Origin: an uncultured Candidatus Saccharibacteria bacterium
Lineage (GTDB): Bacteria > Patescibacteriota > Minisyncoccia > Phycocordibacterales > JAACPR01
Assembly (NCBI GenBank): GCA_964401885.1
Contig: CAYOAC010000003.1
Span: 1 to 42,516 of the forward strand
DNA length: 42,516 bases
Direction: 5' to 3'
Shown here: positions 16,525 to 23,977 of the stretch, in pieces
Layout of the letters: every line of letters begins with the position of its first letter
How positions within the stretch are numbered: the stretch's first letter is position 1
The notes under the pieces: generated by a model
Seen by the model: the letters and a program-made list of their open reading frames with translations, nothing else
Told to the model about the DNA's origin: nothing
The model's database searches: none
Program-made: the position numbers and the translations under genes

Positions 16525-16712
16525 TTGACTTCAGTCTTTCTTTCTTTTTTCGATTTGATGTACTTTGTTAACACTCCGACGTAGGTCTGAGCGTGTCCCG
16601 ATAATATACATAATAAATTAAATTTGTCAATATTTTTATAAATTATAAAAATATAATTATTGACTTTAATGAATAACGTGGTAACGTTGTGATTGAACAT
16701 TTGATCATATTT

Positions 16713-17369
16713 ATGAAAAAAACATACGTGATGTTGTTGTCTGTTGTTGGATTTTTTACATTTCTTGCTGCCTGTAGCCCAGAAAATTCTGAAAAGGCTA
16801 ATATCCCAGATTGGCCAGAACAAGAGAGTGTCGATACGTCTATCCCAAATAAGCGTGCCATGGTCATCGTTTTTGATGGATCAGGTTCTATGAAAGGAGA
16901 CAAAATCAAACAAGCTAAGACTGCGGTCAAAACTTATGTTGATGCTCTGCCAAAGGACGTTGAATTGGGTGTTGTGGCTTTTGATGCGAATGGAATTCGT
17001 ACATTGTCCGAAATTTCTTCTGATCGTCAAAAGGCTACGTCTCAAATTTCAAATATCAAAGCGGATGGATCTACTCCTCTTGCCAGAGCTGTAGCTATGT
17101 CTTACGAAATGCTTATTTCTTGGGCCAAAACCCAAAAAGGATTCTGCGAGTATCATCTTGTTGTGATTACTGATGGGGAAGCTCAAAACAAAGTTCTTCT
17201 CAAAAATCACGTTGATAAGATTATAAAAACTCCTGTTAGGATTTTTACGATTGGGTTCCAGATTGGAACTGATCATTCTCTCAATCAAGCAGGTGTTCGT
17301 TATGTTTCGGCGGATAATACTGCTGAACTCTCTAAGGGGCTTGCTCAAGTTCTTGCTGAGAAAGAGTAA
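16713..17369 (+). CDS. vWA-domain lipoprotein
   Basis: Signal peptide with lipobox FLAAC. MIDAS motif VIVFDGSGSM. The vWA pattern continues through DGSTPL and VVITDGEA. Start is taken at ATG 16713. Confidence 0.8.
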   Translation: MKKTYVMLLSVVGFFTFLAACSPENSEKANIPDWPEQESVDTSIPNKRAMVIVFDGSGSMKGDKIKQAKTAVKTYVDALPKDVELGVVAFDANGIRTLSEISSDRQKATSQISNIKADGSTPLARAVAMSYEMLISWAKTQKGFCEYHLVVITDGEAQNKVLLKNHVDKIIKTPVRIFTIGFQIGTDHSLNQAGVRYVSADNTAELSKGLAQVLAEKE

Positions 17370-17390
17370 CTGGATTGAATTGACTTTTTA

Positions 17391-17422
17391 AACCGTGTAC
17401 ACGCAAGTGAACACGGTTTTTT
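17391..17422 (+). terminator. intrinsic terminator
   Basis: AACCGTGTaCAC...GTGaACACGGTT followed by TTTT. Confidence 0.75.
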
Positions 17423-17451
17423 ATTATCTTGTACAATGACTCAATATTATT

Positions 17452-17457
17452 TATACT
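17452..17457 (+). promoter_or_regulatory. -10 box TATACT 6 nt upstream of the ATG at 17464
   Basis: TATACT at 17452-17457. Confidence 0.4.
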
Positions 17458-17463
17458 TTGCTA

Positions 17464-19134
17464 ATGGCATATTTACTGTTCCCAGGTAGACATTTATTAA
17501 ATACAAAATTCCAAGAAGAATACCTTTGGGATGTTTTAAGACTTCCAATTAAAAAACTTGATCTATATGGCGACTGCCAATTGAATCCAGAAGATAAAAT
17601 TGAAAATATTATCTTTGCGGTAACATCTTCAAATCAAGCACATTCAAGATATAATCCTATTTCTTTTTTTGAAAGAGCAATTGGTCTTGATCGTTTTGCA
17701 CAAAATTATAAAAAAACTTTAGGAATAAATTATAAAATTATTGGTATTCCACATTTTAATCCAAATGAAAAATTTGCTGGGTTTACTTTAAAAGAAATTA
17801 ATGAAAACACAGAAGGAGAAATTATCCTTACACCCCAAAACACAATTGTACTTTGCTCTACTCCGGCAATTATTGAGCAATATAGTAAATTAGGTTTTTG
17901 TATTTTACCTGCAGAATATGATTTAGAAGAAAAAAAGTATCAAGCCATTACACCAATTGATATTTTAAAAAAAGTTGTAGAAAAGGGAGTTGATTGGTCG
18001 GTTGACAATGATATTAAGAATTTGATGTCAAAATCTTCTTTTGAACTTTGGAAAGATTTTTCTGAAATACCAAAAACAGTTTTGAGATTATGGAATGACC
18101 CATTGTTAACTGATACTGGAAGTCTTACTCTTGATAGAAATTATAGTATTTATGCTTACGGTATGAATAATAATTCTTTGATGGAATTAAAATATAAAGA
18201 CATTAAAGATTCTATTAAACAGGGAAAGATTGTTGATGAGGGATGTGCCGATGGTGCATTACTAGTTAGGATATCTGAAGATTTTCCTGATTCTGATTTG
18301 ATAGGAATTGAACTTACAACAGAATTCACTGCAAGATGTGAAGAAAGATTGCGTGCAGGGGAATTTGGTGGATCATTCGTTCATTTTCATCAAAGGAATT
18401 TGCTGGATAAAATTTTTCAAGACAATACAATTGATACAACTATTTGTAATTCAACAACTCATGAACTTTGGTCATATGCAGATCAAAAAGAAAGCTTAAT
18501 TGGTTATTTGCAAAAGAAATATAATCAAACATCTTTTGGTGGAAGATTGGTGATTCGTGATGTGGTTGGTCCAGAGAATAAAGACGAAGAAATTTATATG
18601 AAACTTAATGATACTGATGGATCAAATGAAGATATTTTTAAAGAATTTGAATCTAAAGATGACCTGAGCTCACATTTATCAGGTCTTTCAACTTCCGCAA
18701 GATTTTTAAGATTTGCCGAAGAATATTTAAAAGATATGAGGACAAAAGGTAAGAGAACAATAGAGTCTAAAATTGTATATAGAGAAGAAAATATTAATGG
18801 AGAAAAATATTTTGTTCTTAGATTAAAAGATGCTATTGAGTTTATTACAAAAAAAGATTACACCAATAATTGGAATAGTGAGTTAAATGAAGAATTTGCA
18901 TATTGGAGTTTTTCAGAATGGAAAAATATTTTAACTGAAGTTGGTTTTAAAGTTTTAGAAAATCCGAACGATCCAAAGAATGGTTCAAGAGAATATACTA
19001 ATCCTTGGATTGTAGAAAATAGATGGATTAATAAAGTTGAATTTTTTAGAAAAAAAGATTCTGGCTTAGAAACAATTCCATTTCCTGCAACAAACATGGT
19101 TCTGGTGGCAGAAAAAGATAAGAAAATAGAATAA
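17464..19134 (+). CDS. two-domain protein: N-terminal domain of unknown function plus C-terminal class I SAM-dependent methyltransferase
   Basis: Methyltransferase motif I is IVDEGCADGALLV, followed by LIGIELT. The N-terminal LLFPGRHLLNTKFQ loosely resembles the F-x-P-x-H-x-G-H nucleotidyltransferase loop but is degenerate. Confidence 0.55.
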   Translation: MAYLLFPGRHLLNTKFQEEYLWDVLRLPIKKLDLYGDCQLNPEDKIENIIFAVTSSNQAHSRYNPISFFERAIGLDRFAQNYKKTLGINYKIIGIPHFNPNEKFAGFTLKEINENTEGEIILTPQNTIVLCSTPAIIEQYSKLGFCILPAEYDLEEKKYQAITPIDILKKVVEKGVDWSVDNDIKNLMSKSSFELWKDFSEIPKTVLRLWNDPLLTDTGSLTLDRNYSIYAYGMNNNSLMELKYKDIKDSIKQGKIVDEGCADGALLVRISEDFPDSDLIGIELTTEFTARCEERLRAGEFGGSFVHFHQRNLLDKIFQDNTIDTTICNSTTHELWSYADQKESLIGYLQKKYNQTSFGGRLVIRDVVGPENKDEEIYMKLNDTDGSNEDIFKEFESKDDLSSHLSGLSTSARFLRFAEEYLKDMRTKGKRTIESKIVYREENINGEKYFVLRLKDAIEFITKKDYTNNWNSELNEEFAYWSFSEWKNILTEVGFKVLENPNDPKNGSREYTNPWIVENRWINKVEFFRKKDSGLETIPFPATNMVLVAEKDKKIE

Positions 19135-19136
19135 TA

Positions 19137-19169
19137 AAAACGCCATAAGAGAGTATCTCGTGGCGTTTT
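19137..19169 (+). terminator. intrinsic terminator
   Basis: AAAACGCCA...TGGCGTTTT with an inner GAGA/TCTC pairing. Confidence 0.6.
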
Positions 19170-19211
19170 AAGTCGGTTTCAACTTCAAGTATTATGCTTT
19201 TTCTTTTTTGA

Positions 19212-19250
19212 GAAAAGAAAAAGCTGAGCACCGCATGACGATGCTCAGCT
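19212..19250 (-). terminator. intrinsic terminator of pncB
   Basis: On the minus strand: AGCTGAGCA-tcgtcatgcgg-TGCTCAGCT followed by TTTTTCTTTT. Confidence 0.75.
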
Positions 19251-19264
19251 TTGGATTGAACCAA

Positions 19265-20518
19265 TCAGTAAACTGGTACAGATGAAAACGTGTTGTGATA
19301 ATCAAAGATTGTCACGTATCGTTCTTTTTCTGCATTTGGACCGGTTGATTTTTCAAGGTTGTCACTCAGTTTTACCAGAGGACGACCACAAGCTGTGATG
19401 GCTTTGGTTACCAAAGATAATGTCGTGAACCCAAGATCATTTGTGAGATTGGTACCCCAACCAAATGTAACGTTGATTCGTCCCTTGAACTGTTTGTAAA
19501 GCGCAAGGATAACTTCAATGTCCAGACCATCACTAAAGACAATCAGTTTTTTTCGTGGATCAATGCCAAGGCTTTTATAAAAAGCAATGACTTTTTCTCC
19601 GAAATGGAACGGATTACCAGAATCATGACGGAAACCTTTCCAAGATTCTGCCATTTCTCGTGGCATGGTTCTGAAAACAAAGTCACTGCCAAAGGTGTCA
19701 GGAAGAACAATAGAAAGCCCTTCCCCATACATATTCCACCAATGCTTCAAAACTTCGTATTGTGAATTACGAAGCTCATCATCAGTCCTCTGCATTGTTC
19801 CTGCAAGAACCATGGCGAGTTCATGAGCATTTGTACCCATTGGGAGTAACCCGTGTTTCATTGCGAGATTCACATTGGAGGTACCGCGAAATTGTGTCTC
19901 GGGTAATTCGGATGCGAGTGTTCCGACAACAAAGTCTTGCCAATCTCGGCTGAATCTGCGCCTCGTACCAAATTCACTGAAAGTGATTCCAGGATTTTGC
20001 TTGAGGATCTCGATTTTTGCCATGAGACGCTTTTCTCCTTCTGCAAATACTTGTTTGCGCTTAGCAGGGGAGAGCTTCTCGAGTTCGGCCCAGAAATACA
20101 ATTCGTTCACAATCGAAAGGGAAATTGTTTCCCAATAGGTTGCTTCACTCCAGATACCCGGGAATTCCAATTCGAAATCATCACCGGTATGATGAAGCTC
20201 ATATGGGGGCAAACTGAAATTCCTAAGGAAATCCAAATACGGTTCTTTGAACATTCTTGCGGAATATTCATTTGTCCCACGTAGGTAGTGAAGATTCGTG
20301 TTATTGAATCTCAGAGTCCTTGCGTGGTCGAGCTCTCGACGAAGATCTGCTTCAGGAATCGATTTGCCAATCCGTACCGATTTGGTTCGATTTTTGAAAC
20401 CGAAGGTTACTGGAACATCCGGAAAATCTTTCTGAATGAGTTGCCCCATAGCGAACTTGTAGAAATCAATGTCATCAAGGCTATTGAGGACAAACGGTTT
20501 ACTGGTCGGTGTTTTCAT
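19265..20518 (-). CDS. pncB: nicotinate phosphoribosyltransferase
   Basis: 417-aa ORF with DFYKFAMGQ near the N-terminus and SEFGTRRRFS, both typical of PncB. Confidence 0.85.
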   Translation of the reverse strand: MKTPTSKPFVLNSLDDIDFYKFAMGQLIQKDFPDVPVTFGFKNRTKSVRIGKSIPEADLRRELDHARTLRFNNTNLHYLRGTNEYSARMFKEPYLDFLRNFSLPPYELHHTGDDFELEFPGIWSEATYWETISLSIVNELYFWAELEKLSPAKRKQVFAEGEKRLMAKIEILKQNPGITFSEFGTRRRFSRDWQDFVVGTLASELPETQFRGTSNVNLAMKHGLLPMGTNAHELAMVLAGTMQRTDDELRNSQYEVLKHWWNMYGEGLSIVLPDTFGSDFVFRTMPREMAESWKGFRHDSGNPFHFGEKVIAFYKSLGIDPRKKLIVFSDGLDIEVILALYKQFKGRINVTFGWGTNLTNDLGFTTLSLVTKAITACGRPLVKLSDNLEKSTGPNAEKERYVTIFDYHNTFSSVPVY

Positions 20519-20553
20519 GCTTTTAGTCGTTGTTTGATTTTGAAGAGCTTAAT

Positions 20554-20572
20554 TAGTGTATAAGATACACTA
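20554..20572. promoter_or_regulatory. NrtR-type operator, box 1 (TAGTGT-ataagat-ACACTA)
   Basis: Perfect 6+7+6 palindrome between the pncB promoter and the pncB start codon. Confidence 0.7.
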
Positions 20573-20600
20573 TATGATTATAACAATCAAGCCGTTTAAT

Positions 20601-20629
20601 ATATTAAAACACTTTGTGTATTTTGTCAA
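20601..20629 (-). promoter_or_regulatory. pncB promoter, TTGACA-17-TAATAT (minus strand)
   Basis: The reverse complement gives TTGACA (20629-20624) and TAATAT (20606-20601). Confidence 0.55.
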
Positions 20630-20631
20630 AT

Positions 20632-20667
20632 AAAAAATTCCGCATAACCGTGAAAGGTTATGCGGAA
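20632..20667 (-). terminator. intrinsic terminator of gene 20681-20977
   Basis: On the minus strand: TTCCGCATAACC-tttcac-GGTTATGCGGAA followed by TTTTTT. Confidence 0.8.
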
Positions 20668-20680
20668 TCGTGAAAGATGT

Positions 20681-20977
20681 TTAAGGAGCGACCGTCTGTT
20701 GCAGATAGAATTCCCAGGCCCCTTCAATGTATTCGAGGCAAAACAAGTTGATCGTAAAGTCCTTGTCTGCGTAGATTCGCTTGCTCAATTGATAAAGACA
20801 ATTTTGGATTGGGTTGTTTTGTTCTGGAAAGTGTAATCCATATGACTTTGCAATAGCCTCATTCGTTGGCCAGCCATTTGCTGGTGCATCGACCGAGAGC
20901 TTGTTTCTCTTTGAATTAACAGACACGATATCGTCAACAGCCTGGCGGATTTTGTTCAAGAATTCTGACTTTTTCAT
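20681..20977 (-). CDS. hypothetical protein
   Basis: 98-aa ORF with its own TTGACA-17-TATTGT promoter (minus strand, about 21025-21053) and its own terminator. No motif recognised. Confidence 0.5.
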   Translation of the reverse strand: MKKSEFLNKIRQAVDDIVSVNSKRNKLSVDAPANGWPTNEAIAKSYGLHFPEQNNPIQNCLYQLSKRIYADKDFTINLFCLEYIEGAWEFYLQQTVAP

Positions 20978-21178
20978 TTTAACAGTGGTGTTGGTTTGTT
21001 TGAGATGTTGAAGGATTCATATAATACAATACCATAATATAAATAATATGTCAATTATTATAATCCGTATCTCAAAAATAGGGGATAGTAAGAATTTTAA
21101 AGCAAGGTTATTTGTCAGTACATTAATCGGCGCATGTTCTGTATTTTCATTGTTAATAAAAATAAAAATGTTATTATT

Positions 21179-21207
21179 TTGACAAATTTAAAGGTATGGT
21201 ATATAGT
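21179..21207 (+). promoter_or_regulatory. pnuC-nadR promoter, TTGACA-17-TATAGT
   Basis: TTGACA at 21179-21184 and TATAGT at 21202-21207. The -10 overlaps NrtR box 2. Confidence 0.6.
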
Positions 21208-21222
21208 GTATGTATAACACTA
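21204..21222. promoter_or_regulatory. NrtR-type operator, box 2 (TAGTGT-atgtata-ACACTA)
   Basis: Perfect half-sites that overlap the -10 hexamer of the pnuC promoter. Confidence 0.7.
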
Positions 21223-21238
21223 TTTAATAATAAAAAAT

Positions 21239-21988
21239 ATGAACTACATAATAAAGGTTGGAAGATTATTTGGAATAAAAGAAGAGAGTTGGGTAAAGGT
21301 TAAAATTAGTAGATTGTGGGGAACAAAAAAAGAAAATATTGAGCAAATAAAAATTGCTTTCGCGATGATTATTATCACTGCAATTTATGAACTTGTTTCT
21401 AAATATGTTTTTCCTGAATATACTTTAAACATCTATGAATTCATTGGAACTTGGACAGGTCTTGTTTGTGTTTGGCTTTCACGTACCAGGAATATTCTTT
21501 GTTGGCCTTGGGGTATTGTTAGTTCATTGGCTCTAGGAATGTTCTTTAGTCAAATTGGCTTGCCAGGACAACAATATTTAAATTGGGTATATTTTGTAAT
21601 CATTCAATTGTGGGCATGGCCATTTTGGGCTTTTGGTGGAGAAGAAAATACTGAGTTGCCAGTTACTTGGCTTTCACTAAAAGGAAAAATAGGTGCTGTT
21701 TTGAGTATTGTTGGTGGAACAGTTATTCTTTATTTTTTAATTGATTACTTTGTTCCAGGATCTCTTTACCCATGGCTTGATGCATTGGTTGTTGCTTCTA
21801 GTGTTGTTGCTCAATTTTTACTTGGTAGAAAAAAAGTTGAAAGTTGGATGCTATGGTTGGGTCCGGTAAATCTAATATCCATTGCACTATTCTTCATGGC
21901 TGGTGCATATACTCTAACTGCGCTTTATATTGCATTCTTTATTCATGCGGTATTTGCTCTCAATTCTTGGATAAAAATAAATAAATAA
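21239..21988 (+). CDS. pnuC: nicotinamide riboside transporter PnuC
   Basis: Polytopic membrane protein. LVCVWLSRTRNILCWPWGIVSS and the Trp-rich helices match PnuC. It lies directly upstream of nadR. An alternative later start is possible. Confidence 0.75.
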   Translation: MNYIIKVGRLFGIKEESWVKVKISRLWGTKKENIEQIKIAFAMIIITAIYELVSKYVFPEYTLNIYEFIGTWTGLVCVWLSRTRNILCWPWGIVSSLALGMFFSQIGLPGQQYLNWVYFVIIQLWAWPFWAFGGEENTELPVTWLSLKGKIGAVLSIVGGTVILYFLIDYFVPGSLYPWLDALVVASSVVAQFLLGRKKVESWMLWLGPVNLISIALFFMAGAYTLTALYIAFFIHAVFALNSWIKINK

Positions 21989-21993
21989 ATTAT

Positions 21994-22956
21994 ATGTTTA
22001 ATAAAGGATTAGTAATTGGTAAATTTTACCCACCACATTTAGGACATAAGTATCTTATTGATACTGCTAAGTCTCAATGTGAACATCTGACTGTTATTAT
22101 ATGTTGGAAAAAGAATCAAGAAATCTCTGGTGTTACTCGTGCCAAATGGTTACAAAGAATTCATCCTGATGTTGAAATTAAATTAATTGATGATGACAGA
22201 CTTGCTGATGATGATTCTGAAGCTTGGGCAAAATCTACTATTGATATATTAGGTTATGTTCCTGATGCTGTTTTTACATCAGAATCATATGGTGATCCAT
22301 ATGCAAAATTTATGGGTTCTGTACATGTGCTTGTAGACAAAGAAAGGACTTATATGCCTATTTCAGGAACAATGGTGCGCGATAAACCAAGAGAATGTTC
22401 ACAATTTCTCACTCCGTATGTGAGAGCATATTTTGCTCATAGAGTTTGTGTAATAGGTGCAGAATCTACAGGTACAACAACTCTTGCTCAAGATTTGGCA
22501 AAATACTATAAAACAGTTTGGGTTCCCGAATACGGAAGATTGTACTCTGAAGCAAAACTTTTTGGAGATATTGATGCACAATGGCGAAGTGAAGAGTTCG
22601 AATATATTGCTAAAGCACAAAGTGTGCTTGAAGATACTATTGCAGAATCATCAAATGGACTTGTTATTTGTGATACAGATCCATTTGCAACAAGTGTTTG
22701 GCATGAAAGATATATGGAAAAACCTTCTGATAAGGTTTTAGAAATTGCTAATAGAAGAAAATATAATTTATATATTTTAACTGGAGATGAAATCCCTTTT
22801 ATCCAAGATGGCACAAGAGATGGCGAACATATTAGACATGATATGCACAAGAGATTCATTGAAAGATTAGAAGAAACAGGAAGAAAATATATTTTAGTTA
22901 CAGGAAATAGGGAAGAAAGATTAAAGAAAGCAATTGAAGCTATTGATTTAATCTAA
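21994..22956 (+). CDS. nadR: NadR-type bifunctional NMN adenylyltransferase / ribosylnicotinamide kinase (no HTH domain)
   Basis: GKFYPPHLGHKYLID is the HxGH nucleotidyltransferase motif. The second-domain P-loop is VIGAESTGTTTL, where Thr replaces the canonical Lys. Confidence 0.8.
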   Translation: MFNKGLVIGKFYPPHLGHKYLIDTAKSQCEHLTVIICWKKNQEISGVTRAKWLQRIHPDVEIKLIDDDRLADDDSEAWAKSTIDILGYVPDAVFTSESYGDPYAKFMGSVHVLVDKERTYMPISGTMVRDKPRECSQFLTPYVRAYFAHRVCVIGAESTGTTTLAQDLAKYYKTVWVPEYGRLYSEAKLFGDIDAQWRSEEFEYIAKAQSVLEDTIAESSNGLVICDTDPFATSVWHERYMEKPSDKVLEIANRRKYNLYILTGDEIPFIQDGTRDGEHIRHDMHKRFIERLEETGRKYILVTGNREERLKKAIEAIDLI

Positions 22957-22960
22957 TAAA

Positions 22961-23380
22961 TTAAAGTCGAAACTTTTTATTTCTCTTTGTATCTTTACTG
23001 TAATATCTAGCGTAGGGAGTTTTGAAAAAGTAATTATAAATATCTGAATCATCAAAATGAATATCTATTTTTTGTTTTTTACAATACTCAGCTTTTGTCT
23101 TATCCCATAAATATGTTTCTAAATGTGGATCATTTTTCTCATCCCAAATTATTTTGGTACCTTTTTCAATATGATGATCAGTAATAGAAAAAAGATGAGT
23201 ATAAGAAATACTATTCTTTTTTAGAAATGGAAGTTCTTTTTCGATTCTTGCTCCAGTTATAATATGAACTTCATGTCCATTATCTACTAGAAGTTTTGTT
23301 AAAGTTTTAAAGAAAATCAAATTAGAATCAACGACTCCGTGTATATCTAATCCGATTTTTATTTTATTTGTTGAAGCCAT
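22961..23380 (-). CDS. small HAD-like protein, last gene of the nadE-nadD operon
   Basis: 139-aa ORF that overlaps the nadD stop by 17 nt. The N-terminal IGLDIHGVVD resembles HAD motif I (DxDxT/V) with the second Asp replaced by His. HIITGA follows. Confidence 0.45.
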   Translation of the reverse strand: MASTNKIKIGLDIHGVVDSNLIFFKTLTKLLVDNGHEVHIITGARIEKELPFLKKNSISYTHLFSITDHHIEKGTKIIWDEKNDPHLETYLWDKTKAEYCKKQKIDIHFDDSDIYNYFFKTPYARYYSKDTKRNKKFRL

Positions 23381-23969
23381 ATAGTTTGTTGTTAATAATA
23401 TAATCTGCTAATTTTGTATCTAACCATTTATATAATTCATCTGGAGTATCTATTTCTCTAATTTTACTGCTCGAAATTTCGGGAATTATTTCTTTTTGTT
23501 TTATAGATATTGAATGGGGAGGAATTTCTATATCTTCAATTTTCATATAACCCAATCTTTCAATAATTATAAAATTTCCACGATTAAAAATTTCTTCACC
23601 TCTTACCCAGAATTTTTTTATATCTGGAACAAGTTCGGTACTTATAACAAAATGAAATTCATTATTAGGATATTCTTTTTCAAGTTCTTCCAATGTTTCT
23701 ATTGTAGAGGTTGATTTATCTTTATTGATTTCTATTTCAGATATTTTTATTTTTGGTCCAGATTCTTTTTCTAATTCTTTCGTTAATAAATTTGCCATTA
23801 TAATTCGATCATTATTATTTGCATTAATTGCTTTATCTTTTCTTTGACCTGAAGGTATTAACCAAATTTCATCGCAAGGAAAATACTCTTGAATTATTTC
23901 AATAACTTTTTTATGACCAATATGAGGTGGGTTAAAAGACCCGCCGAATATAGCAATTTTTTTCTTCAT
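23364..23969 (-). CDS. nadD: nicotinate-nucleotide adenylyltransferase
   Basis: IAIFGGSFNPPHIGHKKVIE motif. Length is 201 aa. It lies 8 nt downstream of nadE. Confidence 0.85.
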   Translation of the reverse strand: MKKKIAIFGGSFNPPHIGHKKVIEIIQEYFPCDEIWLIPSGQRKDKAINANNNDRIIMANLLTKELEKESGPKIKISEIEINKDKSTSTIETLEELEKEYPNNEFHFVISTELVPDIKKFWVRGEEIFNRGNFIIIERLGYMKIEDIEIPPHSISIKQKEIIPEISSSKIREIDTPDELYKWLDTKLADYIINNKLYGFNK

Positions 23970-23977
23970 GTTACTAA

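Noticed and set aside
16007-16584. Two long plus-strand ORFs (173 and 176 aa) across the GC-rich block
   Set aside because: They are antisense to or frame-shifted from the nucleoside 2-deoxyribosyltransferase-like gene. Their sequences are low-complexity Ser/Pro/Phe-rich, which is typical of spurious ORFs in GC-richer DNA. The minus-strand frame is the only one with family motifs.
19543-20563. Several 60-115-aa ORFs on both strands within pncB
   Set aside because: All overlap the well-supported pncB frame, and none has motifs.
21208-21238. NAD+ riboswitch (pnuC-motif type) upstream of pnuC
   Set aside because: The predicted leader is only about 25-30 nt and is occupied by the protein operator palindrome. 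There is no room for, or sign of, the riboswitch structure.
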